Assembly (NCBI GenBank): GCA_963818475.1 | Contig: CAWFSF010000003.1 | Location: 64,001 to 128,000, forward strand | Length of the DNA: 64,000 bases | Origin: Nitrospirota bacterium | GTDB taxonomy: Bacteria; Nitrospirota; UBA9217 | Direction of reading: 5' to 3' | Shown: piece by piece, positions 49,599 through 60,362 of the stretch | How the letters are laid out: every line of letters starts with the position of its first letter | Position numbering within the stretch: position 1 is the first letter of the stretch | The notes under the pieces: model-generated | What the model was told of the DNA's origin: nothing | Databases searched by the model: none | The model's input: the letters and a program-made list of their open reading frames with translations, nothing else | Translations under genes and position numbers: made by a program

Positions 49599-51565
49599 TC
49601 AGGATTGCTTTTCCGCTTTAGGGAAGAGCCTGGCGATCACGATCATCAGGATCAGGGTCACCGCGCCGAGCACCGCGTAGAGCCCCCAGCTCTTGTCCTC
49701 GAACGCTCCCACGAAAGCGTTCTTGAACCCAGCGGAGCTTGCCGATTCGACGCTCCCCATCTCCACGGTCTTCGGCAGGACATCGGCCAGGTGCGCCTGC
49801 ACCAGGGTCAGGTCGTACTTCGCCGGCGCTGACCTTCTCGTTCCCGCCGTAGAGCGCGTACTCCCCGGCAGCAGACGCCAGGAAGAGCAGCGCCGGCGCG
49901 GCGTAGCTCGCCTGCAGCTTGCGAAGCTCGATAGGCCGGTTGTCGCCGTGCTCCATGGTGATGCGCAGCTTCTTCGCATCCAGCGGCAGGCCGGCGAGCG
50001 ACAGCCGCAGGACCGATGAGGTCTGCGAAGCGTTCTGCCAGCGCATGGTCCTCCAGACCTGCCACCCCGCGCGCCCCTGGAGCGGCAACTCGAACTGCAC
50101 CGTACGGTCGAAGATCCCGGCGGACTCGGCGGTGAGCTCCCGCAGGTCAGCTGACCGGTCCGGCAGCTCGACGGTCCAGAAGGTCCTGTTTTTCTTCTTG
50201 TCGTACTCAGGCGCTGCCGCAAGGTCGATCACCTGCTCCTCGCTCGGGCCGGAAAAGTAAGGGACCTGGAGGCCGTCCTTCACGATCCGGACCGTGCCGA
50301 AGCCCGCGCGAAGGCTTGCGTCGCGGTTCAGCACCAGCCGGTAGTATCCTGCCTCAGTGACCTTCAGCCGCGATCTGCCAGCGGAACCCCTTCCCGTCAA
50401 AGGGCCCGCCCGCGACAGCATACTTCGCGAGCAGGCTTTCAGGCTGCCACTGGGAATTCTCCTGCATGGGAGAGAATGCGACAACGGCACTGACCTTCCG
50501 CTCCTTGTCCCCCGGCGTCTCCTTGATGTTCACCTGGGTCCCCAGGCCGGTCTGCGCTTGGTAGGTGCCGGCCTTGTCAGCGTAGAAGGTCATGCGCGGC
50601 AGGTTCACGACAATCGCCATGGACTTGACCGCGCCGACGTACCTGTTGCCCGGATCGAGCCGCAGCACGAGCGAGCGCGTGGCCCAGTAGCCGTTCACGG
50701 GGATCTCGAGCAGCGCGCCGTTTTTTCCCACGGTCGTGACGCTGCCGGAGAACAGCTTCTCGAACTGCAGCTTGCCGCCGCTCACCACCTCGGACGCCCA
50801 GCTCCCAGTTGCCCTGGAACTGCGCCTCCGTCGCGAGCTCGATGTTCTTGATCCAGAGCCCCAGGCCCGGCAGGGTGGCAGCGAGGACTCGAACGCGGTC
50901 GTCGGTCTTGTCCGAGAACTTGAGCGGCACGGACTGCTGAGCGTAAGTCCTGCGCAGCGTTCTTGCCCGAAAGGGTCACCGAGGTCACCGGCAGGGTCGT
51001 CTCGCGGAAACGTTTGTCGTAGCCCTTGAAGCTCAGGCGGAGTTTCTCGTAGATGGCTGGTTTGATGATGATCTCGGCAGCAAAGCGTCCCCCGGTCGAA
51101 TAGAGGGCCGCGTTCTCAGCCAGCACGCGCCAGCCTTTTGCGTCCAAGCCCTCGATCTTCACGGTCCCCATGGTCTGCAGGGCATCCACGTCGATCCGGA
51201 TTGTCTCGACGAGCAGGTCCTTCGGCGCGTCGGCTTCCCAGACGAGCATGCGCTTCTTGTCGAAGAGCAGGCGGCTGGGCTTGAGCGCAACGCTGCGCGG
51301 TCCGGTGTCGCCTTTCCAGAAGAGCTCGAAGGAGCGCGGATTGTCGTCCGGCCCGACCAGGGTCAGGTCCAGCTGCGAGGTCTTGGCCGCGCCGTCCGTC
51401 CCGAAGAAGACCCCGGCAGGCAGCACCGTCTCGATCAGCCCCGGCTGGGTGACCTGCGCCGATGGCCTGATAGTGCCATTGCTGGTCGGCCAGAGCGGGA
51501 TTTGGAGATGCGATAAGGATAAGAACGAGGATGATGAAGAACGTTGAAGTTCGGTACTGTTTCAT
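49599..51565 (-). CDS. DUF3999-like exported membrane-anchored protein, multiple frameshifts
   Basis: Signal peptide, LRITMEHGDNRP, LLFLA...YALYGGN...YDL, C-terminal TM; reconstructed from five ORF fragments. Confidence 0.65.
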
Positions 51566-51643
51566 GCAGGTCACCTTTCTTCGAGGCCTTTATGATGTCA
51601 TTGCGATAAGTGAAGCGACAAAGCGCGTTCTGCTTCGATCCGA

Positions 51644-52048
51644 TCAAACGCTCCAGTCCGCAATCTTCAGGTTCTTTATTTGCTTAAACTCTTTGGTATT
51701 ATTGGTAACGAGGGTCGCGCCAAGCGCATGTGCGTGCGCACCGATCAGCATGTCCATCGACCCGATGGGCTTTCCCGCTCGTTCGAGCTCTGCCCGGATT
51801 GCTCCGTATTCCTGTGCCGCCTTTTCATCGAAGTCCGCGATTTCGAGCGAAAGAATGAACTCATCGAGGGCCTGCTGGTTTTTCTCTACGTGCCGGCTCT
51901 TGGATACGCCGTAGCGAAGCTCAGCAAGGGTTATGGATGAAATGCCGATATCGCCGATAGCGTGAGATTTGAAATGTTTGATCACTTTGGCGGGATTTTG
52001 TTTGATGAGGTAAATGCAGATATTCGTATCCAGCATATACTTCATCAA
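51644..52048 (-). CDS. vapC: VapC PIN-domain toxin
   Basis: MLDTNICIY, LAELRYG, IGSMDMLIGAHA, LVTNN..EF. Confidence 0.93.
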   Translation of the reverse strand: MMKYMLDTNICIYLIKQNPAKVIKHFKSHAIGDIGISSITLAELRYGVSKSRHVEKNQQALDEFILSLEIADFDEKAAQEYGAIRAELERAGKPIGSMDMLIGAHAHALGATLVTNNTKEFKQIKNLKIADWSV

Positions 52049-52272
52049 AAGTCCTCCCGTTTTTGCATCTTCGGCTGCTTCCGTTCAACCATGAAGTCAT
52101 CGGAAAATTTATCGAGGCTCTGGATCAGGGTGTCCCATGAGTTCTTTGTCGGGATCAGCACTACGACGTTTCCTGACTTCTTCACGTACACGTGGTCATC
52201 CTCGAAACGAAATTCCTTAGGCAGGCGAACAGCCTGACTTTGTCCATTTTGAAACAGCTTTGCGGTCTTCAT
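52045..52272 (-). CDS. vapB: VapB (AbrB/SpoVT-type) antitoxin
   Basis: AKLFQNGQSQAVRLPKEFRF; ATGA overlap with vapC. Confidence 0.93.
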   Translation of the reverse strand: MKTAKLFQNGQSQAVRLPKEFRFEDDHVYVKKSGNVVVLIPTKNSWDTLIQSLDKFSDDFMVERKQPKMQKREDF

Positions 52273-52460
52273 TACGCACCTCCAATTAGTCTATACGGTC
52301 AATATATACTAATTGAAATCAGATCGCAAGAGGCTTTTAGGTAATTGCAGTGCGATCAGTTGGCAATGTGCAAAGCCTAACATTAAAAGCTGGTCCCGTC
52401 GTCTTCGAGAAAAGGACTAAATGCTACAAAAGAGACTTGACCCTAAGATGTTCCTTCGCT

Positions 52461-53648
52461 CTAATGTTCCAAGCCGGTTACGATACCATTGGCTATGAAG
52501 CTGGAACCCGCCTCCAGCTCGAGTGTAAATGTTTCCTCCGTTGAATCCCGTTCTATGATCTCGCGCAATCTGGCCTGCTGCATTCCTGTTCTGTCATTAT
52601 AAAAATAGAAAGCATCTCCCGGTTGATACAGTCCAACGCTCCCTGCCTGGCGTTTACCCGGTTTATACGAACACCACCCCCTTCCCGCAACCAGAAATGG
52701 ATGGTCCTCGGTTGTCGTTATTTCCGCCCCGTTGTCGAGTTTCAGCGTCAGCAGGCGCGAGTGAACCGCCTTGACAACCTTGGTAACTGTTGCAGCAGTC
52801 AGGGCCGGTTTACTGACATCGAATTGCTTTACCCGGTCGCCGACCGCAATTGCTTCGATCGGCTTTTCCCCGTTTTCCAGCGCGATCTTCGTTCCTCTGG
52901 CAAGGCAGTGCACGTCCAAGCCGTCGAAACGGATCTCGGTGATCACCGTGTCATCGTATGCATCGCCTTTGTACACTTCCATGATCTCGAATCTGAGCAC
53001 AAGATCCTTGCCGTCGCTCGTCCTTCCGAGGGGACCCGCCAGCTTGAACGTCTGGAGCGCACGTGTGTCCTGGAGTTCAAGAATCGCGTACGGCCTGCCC
53101 GTTACCCACAGTTTCAGTTTTTTCACGCGCGAGTTCTTTTTCCAGGCTTCTTCGCTTTTTATATACCCGTTGTAGATCAGGATATCCGTGACCCGCGGAC
53201 TATTGTTTTTGAAGAAGCATTCGAGATACTGTCCTTCTCCATACCCCTGCACGCCCTCGACCCAGGCATTCTTGAAACTGTTGTCATGGGCATTCTCCGC
53301 GTCATAGGTGACATTCCCCGAGGGTTTGAGCGCGGACGACGCGGCCACCTTGTACGGCCCCCCGCCGCAGTACCAGCTGCAGCCCTGATCTTCGATGTCC
53401 CAGATTCCGAAGTCTTCGGATTCTCCCAGTCTAAGCATCAGCTCTTTCTCCCGGTCAGTCAATTCGTCCGAGAGGCCCTTTCTCACCTTTTCAATCGCTT
53501 TGTCTCTCTGCTCGAATTCATTCTGCCTCCGTATGCTCAGATCGGGAACGTCGCCGATTTTCGGCTTCAGAACAGGCAGGTTCTGCGGCTGCCCGAAAGC
53601 CGAAACGACAAACATGAAGAGCGTTAAAAAAAAGCCAAATTTTTTCAT
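52461..53648 (-). CDS. Secreted NADase-type glycan-binding/discoidin-like domain protein with C-terminal Hint domain
   Basis: Signal peptide; CSWYC, AWVEG..G.GEG, NGY.KS...W..NSRVK; H|CLARGTKI, TEDHPF, FIANGIVT. Confidence 0.85.
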   Translation of the reverse strand: MKKFGFFLTLFMFVVSAFGQPQNLPVLKPKIGDVPDLSIRRQNEFEQRDKAIEKVRKGLSDELTDREKELMLRLGESEDFGIWDIEDQGCSWYCGGGPYKVAASSALKPSGNVTYDAENAHDNSFKNAWVEGVQGYGEGQYLECFFKNNSPRVTDILIYNGYIKSEEAWKKNSRVKKLKLWVTGRPYAILELQDTRALQTFKLAGPLGRTSDGKDLVLRFEIMEVYKGDAYDDTVITEIRFDGLDVHCLARGTKIALENGEKPIEAIAVGDRVKQFDVSKPALTAATVTKVVKAVHSRLLTLKLDNGAEITTTEDHPFLVAGRGWCSYKPGKRQAGSVGLYQPGDAFYFYNDRTGMQQARLREIIERDSTEETFTLELEAGSSFIANGIVTGLEH

Positions 53649-53700
53649 TTTGGTAATCTCCCTTGCCGTTGAATATCTGCCCCACGTTAGTTTATTGCTA

Positions 53701-54324
53701 CTATTCCTTAACGGCTAATCGCGCATTCACACTTTCCAGAAATGCGGCAGCTTCCGCTGCATGAGTCATGGCAAGCAAATGACCGGCTTCTTCAACGATC
53801 TCGCATCCGGCTGCCGGACAGGGTATGACGTGGTCCTTCCTGCCGTGAAGGCGGTATATCTTACCTGTCGGACCACCTGGCCATCCCATGAAGGCAGGTA
53901 GGCACACATCGCTCGGATGAATTCTGGATCGGAATCCGCAAACATCGTACTCACCAGACTTCGATGCTTTCCGACGAGAGCCTGAATTATCGTTACAGGG
54001 GCTGCGTTAGCAAGCGGAGACAGCAGCGAAAGCATCGGCTGTACTTCCTTTCGGTTTACGGCACTGCCGAGCAGGATTACGGCCTTCGGACTCGACCAGT
54101 TGGGCGATCTCAAGAGCAACCATGCCCCCGAGGGAAGATCCACCCACAACGTCATCAGCGCCGATATCGTTTTCCTTGATGACTCTCCGGGCCACGTCTG
54201 CGTACGTTTTCTCACCGCGATATTCAGGCCAGTTGAGAAAGTTGACTTTGAATCCCAGCTTATGCTTCAGCCCGTTGTACATGGCATCTGTTGCGCCCAT
54301 TCCGGGCAGTAAGAACCATCTCAT
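53701..54324 (-). CDS. Alpha/beta hydrolase, frameshifted
   Basis: LLPGMG, GSSLGG nucleophile elbow, HG..D.VI, AGH across three fragments. Confidence 0.8.
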
Positions 54325-54539
54325 GATGACTCAGCTTTCTTTTCCAACTCTGGCTAAAACTCACGCAAGGAATCGAGCAATATTGGCGAAGAACGACAAA
54401 TGTCAAGACGCAAGACCCTAAAGGTTCCACTAATAGCTCTTTAGAGCCGATACCATAACAAAGGACCTGACCCTGTTGGGCCCCATGTCTCTAGGAAGAA
54501 ATACTATGAAAAGGGAATTCACTGCGGATTAACGACGTT

Positions 54540-55644
54540 TCATCTTCTTCTGTGAAAACTAATAGTATCAATGGAAAATTCGAGGATCTGTTCTGACCGT
54601 GTATTAAAAATTACACTGGCTTCAAAATCTGCAGAGAAATATGTTTCAACGTGGCTTTCCATGCCTTCTAGCTCTGCATTGATGAACACCTTGTCGAATG
54701 CTATTATATTGCCAAAGTACTCTTCGATAGGAATCACGAGCTTTGCTACTACAGTGAGGAGAGTGAATCGATATTCGATATAGATATCATCGCCGGAAAC
54801 TTCGGTAAAATTAACTATTTCGGGATATTCAACTCCCTCAAAATCAACAAAACTGATTCGCTCCATGTGCTTTATACATTCTTGTGGATAGTCATCCTCT
54901 TCGAGAAGAACCTTGCATTCATGAATAGGCAGCTCGTTCAAAGTGTTTATCCCAGCGTCGGTAGCGAAGTCTTCAAGCATGTTGCCATATTTTTCTTGGA
55001 ATTTATCGTGATTGAAGCTATGTATGCCTTTCTCGATATTTTTTTCGACGAAATCTTTTAGTGAGATGTATAGCTGGAACTCGTTCAATACGTTATTTGA
55101 AGTAAGATCATCACGTAAATCTTTATGCAAAGCGACTGTCGAATCATTGATCTCAAAAAAATCATTCGTATTTGCGTTGATGAATGCGACGCATTCATCT
55201 TTATTAAGTTTTTTTAGATGCTGGATTGTGGAAAGCCAGATCAGGGCATCTCGATATCCTTTTTCTTCGAGCACGAAAGGGTCTCTGACCTTTTATAGCC
55301 TTGCGTACAAGAATATCGTGTGTTACTAGATCGTGTTCTATAATATCAACGTTATCAAATTTTTCTGCAATTATTTTGGCAAAATCATACTCTATGCTGT
55401 TTTGTGCCGGCCCTTCGATTTTCATATCGATTTTAAGGTCGCTACATCTCCTCGATATTTTCTCGATTTCTTCGAGCGTCGCCTTTGATTCGGAATCGAA
55501 CTTATTTTTCAATTCCATGCAAACGACTCTCGGAAGCAGAAGCCTTGCATTCGTATTGTTTGCGAAGTTAGCAAGCAAGGAGAACTGTGGACTCTTCAAG
55601 AACCAGTTGTTAAAGAATATATTGGTATCTATTATAATGTACAT
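54540..55644 (-). CDS. PIN-domain protein (DUF4935-like), frameshift near 55270
   Basis: IIIDTNIF, V..EL, PF...KGYRDALIW, FI..N..DF; AT-rich. Confidence 0.8.
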
Positions 55645-55938
55645 ATCTCTTACCGTCTTAAAAGAATCAACTAAGAGCTAGTCGTCCGTTGCGTTAATGT
55701 ATATATCCCTGATTCTACCATCCCATATAACGTTGTTGTTGAAATTGCATTACGTAATGAAACGCAACGGGTGCAACAACGTCACTCGGGCGCGGACAAT
55801 TTTTATGCTGCTGCGAAATAGGTGCAGAATGTTCAAGGACATCGTATATTCATAACAGTACCTAATTCCCCCTGATGGTTTGTGAAGAAAATCACAAATT
55901 CCATCAACATCCCGGAAACGGTCTCACGCGGCGGTTTT

Positions 55939-58425
55939 TCACTCCCTTCTTACCCTGACAGGTATCGTCGTAGTCACGCCGATCTGAATTGCGACCGGCG
56001 TATAAATATCCACAGCCAGATCGGGGGTATTAATGGAAACAATTAAGGAGTAACGGCATCGTTTATTCCATCGCTCTAGTTGATGTCGTTCCCTCCACCA
56101 GCCAACAGCAGGATAAACGGCAATTAAATTCGATGTTGCAAGATCGGCAGCTGTTCCTTGCCAAATATCGGAGTGTATGGAGCCGACGTTACGGGCTTCT
56201 CCAATAAGCCATTTGTCCCGTGGACCTTCGGTACCCGGATGTTCTCCCTCATCATCTCGTGCTTGCGTATTCACGCGCTGCACAAACTCATCTTCCGTTT
56301 CGCTTGGTCCATTCATTTCAAATCTAAGAGCATGGGAAGCATATCTATAGCGGTTGTCCCATCCGATTTCGCCCGGTCCTGGCTCAACAAAGTAAGAGAG
56401 TGTGATCCGCATTTTTACCAGCGTCTCACCCAATTCAGTTAAAACTTCGGATGGCCACGGCAGTTTGTACAGATGCATATCCTTGGTAACATATCGAGAG
56501 TCTATCTTATCAAAGGGTTGCAAGTCAGTTTCTGAAATCAAAGTCAATGAATTAGCCGCGCAGTATAACGCTCGCTCAAGATTCGGAACGCCGTATCCGC
56601 AAATGCGAAGCAATCTTGCGTAATCTTGTTTGGTAGGTTCAAGAGTGTTTATGAATTGCGCTTTCATCACATCGGTCCAATCGGCGGTGTGCACGATCAT
56701 GGCGCGTACCGTTTCAGGCCAGAAACTCGGATATTGAGTCTGTATTTGTGCAGCCATCCACGCGGCCTGTCCAACTGCGGCGCTTGTAGCATGAAATGGT
56801 GCAAATTGTTCCACATGTGGTTCATGCGACGTGGAAAGTAGCTTAAGATCCTCAGGGTCATACATAGAGTCATTGGGTCCGCGCGCTACATTCCCCCCTT
56901 CAAAAACAACGTCAGGTTTGATAGGCCATTTGCGCGGACTCCAAGTAGAAGAAGTAGTGCTATATGGGGAAAGTCCGCCTGAAGGTGCGAGGGGAGTAAA
57001 AGCACTGAGAGTCACGTCAGCTATATGCGTTTTTTCGGTAAAGGCACCGACCGTAAGGGCATTCCAAGCTTGCCCCGGGTCATGAACTTGGTTCGTAAGG
57101 TTGTCAGTTGGATAATTGCGCCAATTGATCGGATCTTCAACATTACCTGCGCTCAGCACTATGAGCCGGTGAATGTCGCCTTCATATCCCGAGGCTAATT
57201 CATCCACCATGGCCGACCAAGAGGAAGGTCGTCCTCGATCACGGTCTTCCGTTGAAGTTATTGCCAGGCACACAATTCGCTTACGCTGAGGCGCTTGAAT
57301 TTCAGCGAGCGAAATTCCTTGTGAGGTCATGTGACCCCATAATCTTTTTTGATTTTCTGCGGGCGGAGGTGGCAGGATTTTTGCGGATTCCAGACGATGG
57401 CCTACGTAGACCGGGTCTCGGCTATTGAGTAAAGCAAGCAAATCACCATAGGCTGCTGTTCCAGCCATCAGGGTCCCATGACCCTTATGGTCATGCACCC
57501 CCCATGAGGGATCGATTGCGTGGCGGTCGCTGTTGTTCAGGACTGGCTGGAGGAGTAAGTGCCCGTTGTTTACTCCCATGTCGAGAATGCAGATTGACAC
57601 GCCCGCGTTATCATTAAAGTCGGTACGGCTTAGCAATTCCCGTACACGTTCCACTTGCTCGCGATTTTGCAGTTCAATAAAAAAGGTTGCTACTTGCTTA
57701 GCAGCGCGATACTCAGAAATGTCATCAGAAGACTCGGCCAAGCGTTCCAATTGGCTCCGATTTGCTTTTATAAGCATCACTTGTCGTTCGGGAAACTTCA
57801 GGACACCCTCAGATGCCTCGATGTTAACCTCTCTAAGTAATGCTTCAAAGCGCGACAAAATCTCCACCTTATCGCCTTGCAGCCACACTTCGACCCATTC
57901 AGGATCGTCACCTGGTATCAAATCATTTTCATCTGAACGCCAGAAGGATTTCAAGACCGCTTTGCGAATATCGGAAATGCTATCAACTAATTTGGCATTT
58001 TTCGGCTTATTGCTTGGCCCATGCTCCAGCGCGTATGCCTCAATCTTCTTGAGAAAATACCCCCGTTGCCTGTGCGGGACATAAACGGTTGCGAGTGTGC
58101 GTTGTGACGATTCGCCTCCTTCTTTACGAATATTCAGAAGACGAATTCCTGATCGAATATTTTCGAGACTTTGAATTGCTAAATCGAACCCCGGTTCGCT
58201 CTCAAATTCAAGATACGCACCATGACGTTCAACCTGAACAACGGCCAGTTGCCGATCAACTTCACTCCACGTTTGCCGAAGACGCTCTTGCAGATAAGCA
58301 CTGTGAAGATCGCGGTCTCTATTTTTCGGGATGCGGTCGGTAGAACTGCCCCGCCGTGGGTTGGTATACCCCTGAGTGCGTGAAGGTCCTGACAATAATA
58401 TGTGTCTATAATGCTCTCCAGCCAT
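55939..58425 (-). CDS. ietS: S8 subtilisin-like protease, IetS-type
   Basis: ILDMGVN, HGTLMAG, IKPDVVFEGGN, ATSAA, GYGVP; directly downstream of AAA ATPase. Confidence 0.88.
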   Translation of the reverse strand: MAGEHYRHILLSGPSRTQGYTNPRRGSSTDRIPKNRDRDLHSAYLQERLRQTWSEVDRQLAVVQVERHGAYLEFESEPGFDLAIQSLENIRSGIRLLNIRKEGGESSQRTLATVYVPHRQRGYFLKKIEAYALEHGPSNKPKNAKLVDSISDIRKAVLKSFWRSDENDLIPGDDPEWVEVWLQGDKVEILSRFEALLREVNIEASEGVLKFPERQVMLIKANRSQLERLAESSDDISEYRAAKQVATFFIELQNREQVERVRELLSRTDFNDNAGVSICILDMGVNNGHLLLQPVLNNSDRHAIDPSWGVHDHKGHGTLMAGTAAYGDLLALLNSRDPVYVGHRLESAKILPPPPAENQKRLWGHMTSQGISLAEIQAPQRKRIVCLAITSTEDRDRGRPSSWSAMVDELASGYEGDIHRLIVLSAGNVEDPINWRNYPTDNLTNQVHDPGQAWNALTVGAFTEKTHIADVTLSAFTPLAPSGGLSPYSTTSSTWSPRKWPIKPDVVFEGGNVARGPNDSMYDPEDLKLLSTSHEPHVEQFAPFHATSAAVGQAAWMAAQIQTQYPSFWPETVRAMIVHTADWTDVMKAQFINTLEPTKQDYARLLRICGYGVPNLERALYCAANSLTLISETDLQPFDKIDSRYVTKDMHLYKLPWPSEVLTELGETLVKMRITLSYFVEPGPGEIGWDNRYRYASHALRFEMNGPSETEDEFVQRVNTQARDDEGEHPGTEGPRDKWLIGEARNVGSIHSDIWQGTAADLATSNLIAVYPAVGWWRERHQLERWNKRCRYSLIVSINTPDLAVDIYTPVAIQIGVTTTIPVRVRRE

Positions 58426-58444
58426 GCGGCTTTTATCCTCTTAA

Positions 58445-59401
58445 TTACTGGTGAATGCTCTGACGTTCCTTCAGCATTTGTAGCAAGAAAGCTGGGCTAA
58501 CCTTCTCCTTATCAGAGAGAATGGTCTGTTTTATCGCATCCCGACAGGCTTGGTCGATTTCAGCATGACTCAAACCATTCGATTCAGAAACCGCATCTTT
58601 CCATGAAAATTTAACCGCGAGAAATGAACTCAATAGATTTTGCATTAAGCGCTTCCTGGCCTGATCATCCGGTAGTTTATAGTAGAGCACATCGTCAAAG
58701 CGGCGAAACAGTGCCCGGTCCAATAATTTTGGGCTGTTTGAGGCAGCGACTATCAAGCTATCTGAAGTGTCCTGTTCGATGAATTGCAAAAAAGCATTCA
58801 GAACCCGGCGCATTTCACCTACGTCGTTGTCCATAGATCGCTCACCGCCGATAGCATCGAATTCATCGAATAGATACACCCCTGGCTCCTGCTGGATCAG
58901 CTCGAATATCTGTCTGAGCTTGGCACTGGTTTCTCCCATGAACTTTGTAACCATCTTGTCGACCTGAACGGTATTAAGAGTTAGTCGTAATTCATTTGCC
59001 AATACCTGAGTTGTCATTGTTTTGCCCGTCCCGGGTGGCCCTACAAGTAATATTTTTCGCCGATGGGACAGACCGTGGCTCTTCAGTTTTTCCTGCTGCC
59101 GATATTCATGAATAATCCGATCAACCCGGTTCATAAGACTGTCCGGCATCACGAGGGTCGCCTTGGACGTTTTCGGTTGCTCTGACAGCACGAGACCCCG
59201 CAAATCTTGAGGAAACTTCAGTACTCGCGGACCCCTTTCCTTCCGTGCCTTATCAACAATTTCACGGATATCGACCGCTAAAGCACCGTGCCCCTGCTGA
59301 GATTCATGCGCCGCTACCTGAAGAGCTGTAGTGAAAAAACGCTCAGGATCGCTGCTGAAATGCGATCGGATAAGTGCTTTTAATTGTTCCGCAGTCGCCA
59401 T
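58445..59401 (-). CDS. ietA: AAA+ ATPase, IetA-type
   Basis: GPPGTGKT, LFDEFDAIG, LDRALFRRFD. Confidence 0.88.
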   Translation of the reverse strand: MATAEQLKALIRSHFSSDPERFFTTALQVAAHESQQGHGALAVDIREIVDKARKERGPRVLKFPQDLRGLVLSEQPKTSKATLVMPDSLMNRVDRIIHEYRQQEKLKSHGLSHRRKILLVGPPGTGKTMTTQVLANELRLTLNTVQVDKMVTKFMGETSAKLRQIFELIQQEPGVYLFDEFDAIGGERSMDNDVGEMRRVLNAFLQFIEQDTSDSLIVAASNSPKLLDRALFRRFDDVLYYKLPDDQARKRLMQNLLSSFLAVKFSWKDAVSESNGLSHAEIDQACRDAIKQTILSDKEKVSPAFLLQMLKERQSIHQ

Positions 59402-59613
59402 ATTGTTACCTCATGCCTACATATAAAAGCTCAATTTGTAGTAGATTAACACACCTCACTAAAGATTTATAGTTTTTTTCATCTACGAATTCAGGGGACG
59501 TTGTGGCCCAGGTGTCGTTTCGTCCCACCCCCAAGAAGAACTCAAAGGGTCTTTTGATATAACGCTTCCGTTTCTCTCGGCGCGACTCCGTTGTTTCTAA
59601 TTATGCTTCCCCC

Positions 59614-59904
59614 CTACGCTATCTTCAGCTCTTTGCGTATATTTTCCGCGACCCACTGCCGCACCAGGGTTTGATAGGGAATTCCCTTCTTCGTGGCGAC
59701 TTTTTTGATCGACAAGAGATAGAGCGGGTCTAGTTTGATCGTTATGTTCCGCAATTTTCTCTTTCGTTTTCCCGAGAGAATATCCTGCTTGAGCGCGTCT
59801 TCAAGACTCAGCGCGACTTCACCTTCCACGATTTCACCGAGAATACCTCGTTTATCGTAGTACTCCTCATCAGTCACTTTTTTCTTTCCTGTTTTCGCCT
59901 TCAT
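59614..59904 (-). CDS. BrnA/CopG-like antitoxin
   Basis: ITIKL...IK..A..KGIPYQTLVRQW RHH motif. Confidence 0.82.
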   Translation of the reverse strand: MKAKTGKKKVTDEEYYDKRGILGEIVEGEVALSLEDALKQDILSGKRKRKLRNITIKLDPLYLLSIKKVATKKGIPYQTLVRQWVAENIRKELKIA

Positions 59905-59922
59905 AGCTTCCGCCTCCTCGCA

Positions 59923-60195
59923 TCAACCTCGATGTTTCTGCCAGTACCTGATTTCCGCTTTATCCATGTCCCAGCCCGTTATGACCCGCGCCACGCCGTT
60001 CTTTTTCAGGACAAACACGACGGCAAGGTAACGCCCTTCCTCTGTCGGCCCCATCGCGACGTAGTGGCCCTTCTTCGTTTTTCGATATAACGGCCTGCTC
60101 GCGAAGACTTCTTCCGCCTCTTCGGGCTTTACACCATGACCAAGCTCGATATGCACGACATTGCCCTCGTCCCATTCAAATTCCTTGATGAACAA
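59923..60195 (-). CDS. BrnT-family toxin
   Basis: FEWDEGN..H...HGV...EAEEVF, RVITGWDM...E. Confidence 0.85.
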   Translation of the reverse strand: MFIKEFEWDEGNVVHIELGHGVKPEEAEEVFASRPLYRKTKKGHYVAMGPTEEGRYLAVVFVLKKNGVARVITGWDMDKAEIRYWQKHRG

Positions 60196-60211
60196 TGTAG
60201 TCCCTCCCGAG

Positions 60212-60228
60212 GTAATACATAGTATTAC
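60212..60228. promoter_or_regulatory. Probable antitoxin operator palindrome
   Basis: GTAATAC-ATA-GTATTAC just upstream of the brnT RBS. Confidence 0.55.
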
Positions 60229-60362
60229 TATTTTTTCCGAAAGTCAACGGGTCGATACGTATCAACGACAGGATTGCCACGCTCCCGCCCGGTCGCTCGG
60301 GGACCGCCAAGGGGACGTAGTTGCGCCCGTTGCGCGGCGGTTTAAAAACCTTAACAGTCCGC

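Noticed and set aside
55720-55860. Possible attC site between ietS and the PIN gene
   Set aside because: Only a GTTATAT end and a loose inverted repeat; box spacing not supportable
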